DNA from: Macrostomum lignano
Lineage: Eukaryota
Assembly (NCBI GenBank): GCA_002269645.1
Contig: NIVC01000045.1
Coordinates: 372,001-436,000, forward strand
Reading direction: 5' to 3'
Length of the DNA: 64,000 nt
Made by a program: the position numbers and the translations under genes. Position 1 is the first letter of the stretch. Every line of letters starts with the position of its first letter. Below the pieces are notes generated by a model, which worked only from the letters and a program-made list of their open reading frames with translations, was not told the origin of the DNA and did no database searches. This document shows, piece after piece, positions 54,620 to 64,000 of the stretch.

Positions 54620-57600
54620 CTAACCTCCTAAGCCTAATCTCCAATGCCCGAACGGTAGACTGTTGATATTGTCATCAAAAATGAATCTCTTGTTATCTGC
54701 ACCTGACAGTCCAATCTTCTTTTGCTGAATTGTGTGAATAATATGGTTTTTAGATTGTAGCTTTGAGAACTCATGTGATGTCTTTTTGTTGCAATTCAAG
54801 GCGTCTCTGTATTCAGCTTCATTAATTTCCTTCCTAACCACGCGTTTCGGAATTCCCTTTGATTTTTTAATTGGGTCTGACGACTCACATTTTACAAAAT
54901 AGGACTTTGCTCTCAACCCAATGAATTCAGTGATTATGTCACCAGCAATCTCGTCCTTCATTTTCCCAATCACTTTCTTGTTAGTGGCGTCAAACACTTG
55001 ATCGCCATTCAGCGTCCTGCAAGATTCATCATACTCAGACAAGTCAAACAAATCTTTTTGCTGCAGCATGTCCTGATAAATGTCTTCTGTTTGAATGTCC
55101 ATAATAAAACTGTCTGTGTCAGTGTACAAGAGTTTCATTTTATCATTGTACCGCTGCTTCATGCCATAGAAGAACTGGTACATCAGACGTTTTGATTCGT
55201 CGAGTACAGTGACACCTGTATAGATCGGCTTGCGCAGCGTCACCTTGGTTTTGTAAAATATGATCACACCTAAGTAGCTATTAAAGATGTGGAGTTCTTT
55301 GAATGTTGGCTTTGACATATTTGCTTGAATAACAGCAGGCTCTGATGAGGTAACAAGTTTCAGGTTTGTTCTTTTCCGCTCATTCTCAAGAGTCTTGCCA
55401 TAGACAGAGTTGTTGGCTAACTTAAAGAGGTTCTTGTCAAAGTCGTTGGTTGCTTTGGTCCTAAACTGGGTATTCTTATCAATGTAGGGTTTCATCCACG
55501 CTTCCTCTGTAAATTTAAGAGCCCTGTGAACTTTGGTGACCCTACAACCAAGTGAGATAAAATACTGAAGCAGTTTGTAATGGATTTTGTAACGTGTCTT
55601 GTTGTTTAGATTTGTGTTAGTTTCTCTGTATGTTCTTTTCTGTTCCTGACAGGTGCCAAGTTCCATTATTATCATTGGGAGTTTCGATTATTTTCGGGCA
55701 CTTGATGTTCTCTGGGAAGGGTGGAAAGTCAGAGAAATAGTCGTGAAGCTCTGGTGGAATGTAAACATCAACCTCATAAATGGCAGCCAATGGAAAATCC
55801 CACTTTAGTTCTGATGAGGGTAGCCATCGAAAATCTCTAACTGGAAGATCTTGACTCATCGCCCAACCGTAGAGATTATTAGCGTCCAAGTAAGTAATGT
55901 AGTTTGAGGGCTGCTCCTTATTGTAAGATTCAATGTAGGGATTGTTTGCTTTTGCATACCTGTTAACACCAATTGAGATTCCCCCTCGCTTTGACGATTC
56001 GACAAAATTGTACATGTCAATGTCTGTAAGAAGTTCAATGTACCAATCTGGATCTTGATCCCATTTCATTTTAAGCAAAGATTCCCAGCTAGTGGCAGGC
56101 AGAGACACATAATGTGCTGGATCGAGGCCATATGCTGTGTACCAGGTGTATCTGAAGGTTTCAAACACATCGGCCAGCAGAAACACATCTGTGTAGAGGT
56201 AAAGCAGGTGATACTGGAAGAAGTTTTGAAAATTAAAGTAATTATAGACATGCTTCGCGTGCTCATAGTCTTTGTCAGAGATTCCAGAGTCTGTTAGCTT
56301 TGAAAAGAACTTCTCCTGTGGTGGTAAACCTTCTTCAAATACATGATACCCAGTAATATTTTCATAGGGGTAGAAGCCTTTGGTTCTCAGGAGTTTAAAT
56401 GATTCATCACTGTTGTTAATTTTACTTGCAAACATCTTTGTATATGTACATTGTTCAGCTTTTAGATTCTTGCTTAGTTCGTCTAGACTGGCAGCTAGAA
56501 ATTGATATGAATCCTTCAGTCTTATTTTACCTGCACCCGAACCTTCACCTTTACCCGAATTATCCTGTTTAATATCAACACACTTAAACTTCTCCTTGTT
56601 CTCTGCGATGCAGTCAAGGTGTATGTCTGGAATCATGCCGATTTTTTTCAACTATTAAATGCATGTCATAGTTCTTTGCGTTGTGACAAAATATTGTTAG
56701 ATCATGAATGTTCGATTTTAGCTTTAAATTACAGGTGTTATGCGCTGCGCCTCTAAATTTCCCAGTATAGTGGCAGTGGTCTCTAACGGTCAGGTTTTTA
56801 ATATCAGTGCAAGTTAAATGTTTCCTGCAGATGTGGCAATGAGTTGCTGATAGGAAATTGCTTTCATCCTCCTCAGTCATCATTATTGGAACAGGTTGAA
56901 GGGTGCTAATCACTTTTTGCAACTCTAACATTCTGGCAATAAACTGCTCCACACACTGCTCTCCAAAGAAATAATTATACTCAACAAGTCCTTTTGTATT
57001 AATAAAGGCATATGCTACTGAATTGGGGACATGTTTTTGAGTTTGAGTTTGTTTTTGAGTTTCTGGCATGATTGAGCATTATAAATCAGCATATACAACA
57101 AATGGGAGCTTCTCCATCTTGTGATAGTTCTTAAACCGGAGATACTTCTCTTCAGCTGAAGGAAGAGAGCAGTTGGTTGGGTGATCATCACATGATAATT
57201 CATGCTCTGCTAGTTTTTCAAAGCGCTCAGGTCCACTGTAATGCTTAAGGCACAAGCGGCAGATGGCAACAGCCTCGTGATGATTATTCAACTGCTTGTG
57301 AATGAGTCTTGAAAGATTTTTAATCCAAACATAGTGAGCCTCCTCTAGTAAATTACCAATCACTAGAAGATCCACTTCAGTCCGCCTTTTCCCCTCGGGA
57401 TCTAAAACGTCTTTGCTACATCTGACCGGTTGAACTTTCTCAGTTTTTTCACTCCACTCAAAGACTGTGATTCTAATTTTGTTATTAAACACTTCTTCTA
57501 GCTTAGGGATCTGAGAAATCGCCAAGCCTGCTTTGTCAAACCTGATTCCCTTCTTTTCGCATTCAATGAGATAGTAGTTGAAATAATTTTGATAATTTGA

Positions 57601-58541
57601 GGTTCTTTCGGGGTGGTGAGGGACACTATCATGAAGAAGTGCAGAAAGAACTGCCCATAGAGCACAGCAATTGTCTTTATTTTTAACATTTATGCAAGCT
57701 TTTTGCCGGCTAGCTTTTGCGGGAGCTCTATATAAGAGGAGGCTTTAAGTGGGTCATAATTCATGACCATGACAGTCGCTCTTTGAATCCCTCCCACGAC
57801 CCATCCGGAACCTCTGGATGTAAACGCTTCAATTTTCTTAGTGACATCTTGAAAGAAAGGATCCAGTGTGTCTGTAGGGGTGAATGGCTTTGCCTTTGTT
57901 GTCATGTAATACTCGAGATGCTCAGTAGGTTTTGCAGGCATATAAAACGCAATCTTGAATGATATCTGTAGTTTAAAGGTCTTGCGTGTTTTGAGTGTGT
58001 GATCAACAACTGATTGGATGATGTCTTTATAGTCGTAGATGTTTGCAGTGGTGCCGTTGGTGTCGTTAACTTGGTTGGTGCCGTTGGTGTTGTTAATCGG
58101 GATTGTGTACTCTATGTAATGTTCTGTAAACTTCCTCTGTGCAAAATTAATCTCTTCAATGGCAAGCTCCGACTCTTTTAAATGGATTAATTGCTCTAAT
58201 TTCTCTTGTTCCTGCTTATTTTGTGGGTACTTTGCTTTTTCACCAGTGAGAGTTTCGCATTTGTTAACTAAGTTGCGACTCCTCTCTTGGTGTTCCTTTG
58301 CAGGATTTTTTATAGGCGCATACTGATTGGATTCTGATTAATTGATGATTTCCAACTGTTTTTCATAGCTTCCCAGGTGACCATGGTCGGTGTTAAACTT
58401 TTGTTTACATGCTTTTCTTAGTAAATAACTTTTGTCTTGAAAGGAGACGCCTTTTGAAAAATATTTGTTGACTAAATCTTTTGTTGGATTGGCTTTGGGC
58501 ATTTTTTCTCTAAAATATAAAAAAAATTTTGAGGGTGACAA
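54620..58541 (-). pseudogene. Protein-primed DNA polymerase B, multiply frameshifted
   Basis: YLDANNLYGWAM, KLANNSVYGKT, YTDTDS, LRAKSY; exonuclease YADL and LKDSYQFL; CHIC...RDHCHYTG..RGAAHNTCNL. Confidence 0.93.
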
Positions 58542-58626
58542 TCCTGATAGAAAAGTTGAACTGTTTCTACATCCTATAAGTAGCGTTAGGTTTATGAAGC
58601 TGGATAAAATGGGATTTTAAACCTCA

Positions 58627-59073
58627 TCACATGCGCATTATTGTAAACCCAGCATTGTGCAGTGTCATGATTGCTTTGACAATGTCAGACTTGCTTACAG
58701 AATTTTCATGCTCACAATCATCACAATCAGGGCAACCATCTCCTGCCTTAATTGTTATACCTTTGTCTCTTGCAATCTTTTGCAATTCTAGCTGGTGAGC
58801 TCTATCATTCCCAGCTTTAACAGCAGTTGCTACACCTCCAGCTACACCACCTGCGGCACTTACAGCGCCTGCAATGATTGGGATAAGAGCTGCTAATGGT
58901 AGGATTCCTTCTGACTTTTCATCTGTGATGCTGTGTTTTTGCTCATTATATTGAACTATTTGCTGTATGGGATCGATTTTTACTTTGGCACCTTTAATTG
59001 ATATAAGACCTGGTTTCTTTGATTCAATGATTTTATTGAGTTTATTGATGGTTCTGGTTTCAATCTTTGTCAT
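58627..59073 (-). CDS. Putative Polinton virion/membrane-active protein
   Basis: EGILPLAALIPIIAGAVSAAGGVAGGVATAV amphipathic Gly/Ala segment. Confidence 0.5.
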   Translation of the reverse strand: MTKIETRTINKLNKIIESKKPGLISIKGAKVKIDPIQQIVQYNEQKHSITDEKSEGILPLAALIPIIAGAVSAAGGVAGGVATAVKAGNDRAHQLELQKIARDKGITIKAGDGCPDCDDCEHENSVSKSDIVKAIMTLHNAGFTIMRM

Positions 59074-59089
59074 TTCTTATTTTAATATT

Positions 59090-60073
59090 TTAATTAATTT
59101 CTGTGTCAGCTGGTATCACTAGGAGTTCAGCTCTAGTGAATGACCGCGTGGGGGATTTAGGGTTAAAGGCCTGAGATAAAAAGTAATACTCTCCAGAGTT
59201 GGAGGTAAAATGTCTGTCTATTTTATGTACATCAAGGCTGAAGTATGGATCTGTAGCTCTTCTTTTGGTGTCTTTCTCTAGCTCTCCAGGTAGATATAAA
59301 AAGCGTAAAAACTCTGAGTTTGTCAGTATGTATGGTGATTCAACTCCTGGAAGCTTAGGGTAGTTCGAGGTGTCTGTTCTATGAGATGCCTTAAGTTCAA
59401 CAGTGTCTTGTTTAATTGCATGGGACGGTTTCAATGCAGTCATGCGTGTGACTTCATTGTTCAGTTGCTCTATAACAGTGGGGAGGCGGTCTGTCCACTT
59501 GGTATAGTATTGGCCACTTTTTAGTTTCAGCTCCTCTGCTGTCTGCTTAGTGAATAGTCTCTTGGCTAGAGTTAGATTGAATCTTTCCACGTATGCTTGG
59601 TCTCTGTGGAGCTCAGTTCTTCCGTAGCGAATTTTTGTGTCATACTTATGTAGAAGTGATTTCAGAATTCTTTATCCGGGTCGGTCATAAAGATTTCAGG
59701 GTAACTTAGAAGTGAGTTTTTATAAATATCTTGGAGGGCGGCTGCAACTGCTTCTGACTTCTTTGTCTTAAGCGGTCTCGCTTCTTTATATCTGGAGGCA
59801 ATGTCTATAACTGTGAGAGCATACTTGTAGCCTGAGTCATTGGGGAGAAACAGAAGATCTGCTTGGTGCGCCTCATTAGGTTTATAGATGCTAAAGTGAG
59901 GTCTTGTAAATTGAACAGGTGGGAAATAGACTTGGTAGTCTGCTTGCTTAGAGAGCCACTTTTCTACTGTAGCTTTTGATTCATTACTTAGTTCTGCGAG
60001 TTTGGCGACTGCATTTTTTCCTACAAAGAATCCTTTGTCACTATAGTAGAGCTTTTGAAGTTTCTGATGTCAT
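59090..60073 (-). pseudogene. Retroviral-like (RVE) integrase of the Polinton
   Basis: HQADLLFLP..GYKYALTVIDIASRY...MTDPDKEF...AYVERFNLTL. Frameshifted. Confidence 0.88.
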
Positions 60074-60100
60074 TTTTTTAAAATAAAATTTTTAAATAAA

Positions 60101-60553
60101 ATAACGCAACGCTCTGGTGGTAAAATAGATTCACATGGACTGATAGAAAAGCTTTCTCATCCAAACAAAGGCTGGACGATTCCCGGCTACAAATATTGTG
60201 GGCCTTTGAATCCACTTGAAATACAGTTAGATAAAAACAATAATCCAAATCCTGGGCATGAGCCTGTGAACGAGCTAGACTCTGTCTGCATGTGGCACGA
60301 CGTTAAATATAGAGATTTTACTGAGGAGAAGAATCGATGGGACAAAGAAATGCTTAGGAGACTAGACAATATGGGGACTTCAAGCGGGTGGAAGGAATCG
60401 ATCGCTCGGAAGCTAGTTAAAGCTGTTATTTTTGGTAAGACAAAGTTGGAGTTGGGGGTTGGCGGCGAGGGTTGGGTGGGTTTTGCATTGCACGCGCCAA
60501 GTAAAGAACTAGGAAGACTGCTGAAAGAGTTGGGGGTTGAGAGAGCAGAATGA
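60101..60553 (+). pseudogene. Parvovirus-VP1-type phospholipase A2 domain protein
   Basis: PGYKYCGPLNPL...PVNELDSVCMWHDVKY (Ca-loop YxGP and catalytic HD). The frame is open from an ATA at 60101, suggesting a lost ATG. Confidence 0.8.
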
Positions 60554-60819
60554 TTCAAGCAAGAAATTCAAGAGAAACTTTTCAAGAAAATAAGAGCAAA
60601 AGAAAAATAAATGAATGACATGATACTTTTGAGCAGCAGTTAGTTTTTCAAATTTGGTACTCACACAGGGTGCCACTCGAAGGCCGCTGCTACAGCCCGC
60701 GCATCTTTAAAAGAAGAAAAAAGTAATTTGATATTAGCAATCTTCTTACTTTCTTTTTCCTTTTAAAGATGGAACATTTTTTGACTTGTCTGAAACAAGA
60801 AGGAGAAGATTTAGAGAAG

Positions 60820-60900
60820 AAGAGAAAAGAAGAGTGGAGAAGAAGAAGAAGAAGAAGAAGAAGAAGAAGAAGAAGAAGAAAAAGAAGAAGAAGATTCAGA
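60820..60900. repeat. (GAA)n microsatellite
   Basis: Direct inspection. Confidence 0.95.
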
Positions 60901-61115
60901 GAAGAGAAGATGAGAATGAAAGCGAATGCGAAAATTATTAAGAAGATAAAGAAAATAAAAGAAAAGTTGTATTTATTTACTATATTTACTATTTTCATTT
61001 ACTATTCTTTTTATTTTAATGACATCCATGCTCCAATAGGTTTTATATTAAAGCGAACACATTAACATGTCTTCAATATCATTTTTTAAGGTGTAAAGTT
61101 CCTCAAATGTTATAT

Positions 61116-61565
61116 TTAGCTTAAAAAACGAGGATAATCATGTAATGCTTTACTAAGAGACAGAATTTTTCTAATGGTGCTTTTAGCATATGTTATCCCA
61201 TGTCGTTGCAAAAACTCCAAAACCTGATCATCACAACTTTTACATTTAATAGTTTCTTCAGGATTTTCTATTCTATGTTTCGCTGCGTTGTGGTTAAGCC
61301 ACACACCACAGATGTATGTGGCAATGAGCATACGATTATTACATCTTTTTAAATTTGTTACTGCCGTCTGTAGTTGTTCTTCTACAGATAACGGCATATT
61401 CGTATCAACAATAGAATAGGGGTGATTAAATTCATCGACCCCTTCAAATTCAAATACTTTTGCACAAAGATATTGATGAAGCGTCTCACCAGTTGGCCGT
61501 AGTTTTTGCTTCTTTACTTTTACTTTCTTTCTCGCCGGTTGATCTTGATCCTCATCTACATCCAT
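61116..61565 (-). CDS. Polinton hypothetical protein
   Basis: 149-aa ORF with an NLS-like PARKKVKVKK and CKSC; no family recognised. Confidence 0.4.
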   Translation of the reverse strand: MDVDEDQDQPARKKVKVKKQKLRPTGETLHQYLCAKVFEFEGVDEFNHPYSIVDTNMPLSVEEQLQTAVTNLKRCNNRMLIATYICGVWLNHNAAKHRIENPEETIKCKSCDDQVLEFLQRHGITYAKSTIRKILSLSKALHDYPRFLS

Positions 61566-62395
61566 GCTCTCTTCATTTAATTTTTTAAATCGATCTTCGA
61601 AATTGCCACGACTAAGGTATTGACGGGTTATCTAATGTAACTTTTAAATGAATTAAATCATCTTCAGATAAGAGTAGTTCGGGTTTATTGTTATCTTTTG
61701 CTAACTGATTTAGCTGTAAAATTTTAGAGAAGAGAGATAGGTCTGGTGTGACAGACAAGTGAGACATTTTTAACCGAGTAGCTCTTCAAAAGTAGTTGTA
61801 TAAATAAGCTTTCTTCCTTAAACACACGTAGCATATGTATGCCATACGTATGACATACGTAGCATACCCATACATGCCGCGGGATTGACTGTACGTAGAG
61901 AAGTGGAAAGAGAGAGAGCTTGGAAAGGGAACTTACTATGTAGAAATAAATGCTCGCGGCGAGGAGAAGCTTGTGCATAGGAAGAGAAGTTCTCTCTGTA
62001 TACGGGGTCTGCGTACTCTGAGTTAGTGAGGGCATGAAGCTTCTGCATGGGGAAAGAGAAATTTGCTCTGTACATGTTCCTCAGCCGAACATTTGTTGGG
62101 CTGAGGAACAAATGTTCGGCTGAGGAACATTTGTTCGGCGACAACATTTGTTCGGCTGAGGAACATTTGTAGCTGGCTCTGTAGCTGGTGCCCTAGAGGG
62201 TAGTTTTACATTTTTCCCTTAGATAAACAGTTGCAAGCGGTTGATTTTAGATGTAAGCGCATTGTGTATGAATATATCTTAGTAGACATTAACAAGCTTG
62301 GCAGAACTGTTCAGCGTGAGTTACTATAATAAGAACCCGGGGAGACAACTGGAAGCATTTTTATTGAGAATTCAGATTTTTTTCGGAGGATGAGC

Positions 62396-62551
62396 ACCCT
62401 GTGCTGATGATTTAAAGCCTTAGGGATCTGGTAGTACGTTGCGGATTAAATGTGGGGAGAAGAATGCAGATTATTTTCTGATTGTTTCGAATATGCTATG
62501 GGTGGATGTCAGTGGATTATGTAGGACACCTGCTATGCTCTGATTCTGTCG
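62396..62551 (-). repeat. Right terminal inverted repeat of the Polinton
   Basis: Reverse complement of 46146-46332. Confidence 0.75.
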
Positions 62552-62901
62552 TGTCGCTTCCTCATCGGCCGGCCGGTCTCGCGCGAATTGCTCGTAAAGC
62601 GCCAGGCCACTTGCACTTCAGGCACCTGTGCACCAGGATAGTTTAAGGACTTATCTTGTATTTAGTCTACTTTGACCTACTATCGGTAGTATTTTTTAAG
62701 TTTTATAAGTTTTATTATTAATAGTTTTATATTCTAAGGATTTTTTTCTTGTAAAATAGGCCACTGTTTTATTAAGGCCAATGAACGTTGATTGTAACAG
62801 CAAACGCAGTGCCCGCGACACGGACTCACCTCCGATTGCGAACTCAAAAAGCCAATCACCGAGACTCAGCTGGTCCAAGCCGAAGATCCGAATCTAAGAC
62901 C

Positions 62902-64000
62902 ATGCTGTCTCCATCAAACGCGCCGCTGCCCGAGACGCCTCCGCAAACCGGCGCATCCAAAGGTGAGCGGGCTGAGCCTTCGCCTCCCCCTAAAAGTGAC
63001 AGTTTAGAGGTTAGAAAAGAACATGGTAAAACAACTATAATACGAATTCCAATAGCTGACAAGACTGATGGGAAAACTGTCACATTGCCAAACAACAGCA
63101 ACATCTGCTACTACCCGGTTGCTTTTAAGAGCTCTGAAAATCAAATACTCAAAATACTAACTGACGAAATCCAGGCCAAAGCCTTTCACTATCTCACAAA
63201 TGGCCGTCCTGAAGCCCGCAAAATTGTATGGTTCGGGCCAGAATATAGCTACGGGGGAACTAAGATTCCGGCCAATGACGACTGGCACCCATTGGTTACT
63301 AGTCTTGCTACTTGGCTGAGTGCTGAGTTTGGTCTACCCGTCTTTAACTCATGCCTCGTAAATTATTACAAAGATGGGTCGGTGCACATTCCTTGGCACT
63401 CAGACGATGAAGACGAACTAGGGGCTAATCCGACCATAGCCTTTATCTCTATTGGTGCCGCACGTGACTTCCACTTACGAACCAAAGGTTCCACCAACAT
63501 CGCTTGGTCCCAAAAACTCGCAAGCGGTTCTCTGCTGGTAATGGGGGGTGCGACACAGGCCCACTTCCAGCACGCCGTCCTTAAGGACCTGAAAGTCAAA
63601 GAGGCAAGAGTAAATCTAACATTCAGGCTAACGTATGATAGCAGAATCCCACCTGAACCTGCTCCTGCTTCTGCTCTCGCTAACCCTTGCGTGCAGCCTC
63701 TTGACAACGATATCACCTGCGATCTGGACGACGAAAATTCGATTCGTCGCAGAGCAGAGCAAGAAGCCGAAAACCTGAAAAAGATCAGATCTCGATCGAA
63801 CAGCTGCACTTCGGGGCACAAATCAAGCACTCAGCAACCTCAAACAGCTAACCAGCACACTGGCACTCAGCAGTCAGCCACTCAGTCTAGCACTCAGAAA
63901 CATTCAACGAACACTCAGCAGGCACAGTCTGTCAATCAGCCATCAGGCACACAACAGTCAGCCACTCAGTCTTGCACTCAGCCGATGCACTCAGCAACTC
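62902..64000 (+). CDS. Partial ORF with an intact AlkB/2OG-Fe(II) dioxygenase, probably ORF1 of another retroelement; runs off the window
   Basis: Open from ATG 62902 to the end: RKIVWFGPEYSYGG...FNSCLVNYY...WHSD (63397-63405)...QHAV...RVNLTFR, then T/Q/S-rich repeats. Absent from the supplied ORF track because it has no stop. Confidence 0.88.
   Translation, partial: MLSPSNAPLPETPPQTGASKGERAEPSPPPKSDSLEVRKEHGKTTIIRIPIADKTDGKTVTLPNNSNICYYPVAFKSSENQILKILTDEIQAKAFHYLTNGRPEARKIVWFGPEYSYGGTKIPANDDWHPLVTSLATWLSAEFGLPVFNSCLVNYYKDGSVHIPWHSDDEDELGANPTIAFISIGAARDFHLRTKGSTNIAWSQKLASGSLLVMGGATQAHFQHAVLKDLKVKEARVNLTFRLTYDSRIPPEPAPASALANPCVQPLDNDITCDLDDENSIRRRAEQEAENLKKIRSRSNSCTSGHKSSTQQPQTANQHTGTQQSATQSSTQKHSTNTQQAQSVNQPSGTQQSATQSCTQPMHSAT

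Larger units (their letters stand above)
45916..62551. mobile_element. Polinton/Maverick (adintovirus-like) element, decayed
   Basis: Degenerate terminal inverted repeats (46146-46332 vs 62396-62551) enclose pPolB, integrase, ATPase, protease, major and minor capsid, and PLA2 genes. Confidence 0.88.

Noticed and set aside
60690-61065. Poly-Arg / poly-Leu ORFs
   Set aside because: Translations of the (GAA)n microsatellite.
62565-62640. HDV-like ribozyme at the 5' end of the last AlkB element
   Set aside because: GGCCGGC/GCCAGGCC and TGCAC/GTGCA pairings exist, but no matching P2 or canonical L3 could be assigned.

Overview
Eukaryotic, repeat-dense window, probably from a flatworm and possibly Macrostomum. 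The evidence is a flatworm-type spliced-leader (SL) exon motif CCGTAAAGACGGTCTCTTACTGCG...AATTTATTGCATG recognised from memory, plus TTAGGG repeats. The only clear host gene is the 3' end of an intermediate-filament gene (1-1015). The rest is nested mobile DNA: R2-like remnants; a Penelope element with three minimal hammerhead ribozymes; Tc1, CMC/EnSpm and P-type transposase remnants; two Gypsy elements joined through one LTR; and a ~16.5 kb Polinton/adintovirus-like element. The Polinton carries pPolB, integrase, ATPase, protease, capsid genes and a PLA2. The main observation is a ~16 kb head-to-tail array (20.6-36.4 kb) of six non-LTR retroelement units. Every junction falls on the same SL-exon sequence AAAGACGGTC(TCTT), and every completed unit ends in the same hairpin module plus an (AAC)n/A tail. 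The autonomous member is an APE-RT LINE whose ORF1 carries an intact AlkB-type 2OG-Fe(II) dioxygenase upstream of the gag-like zinc knuckles. Three more AlkB copies occur in the window: a sister subfamily, a decayed copy, and a divergent ORF running off the window end. No database searches or alignments were run; family assignments come from motif recognition. Many frameshifts may be decay or long-read assembly indels.
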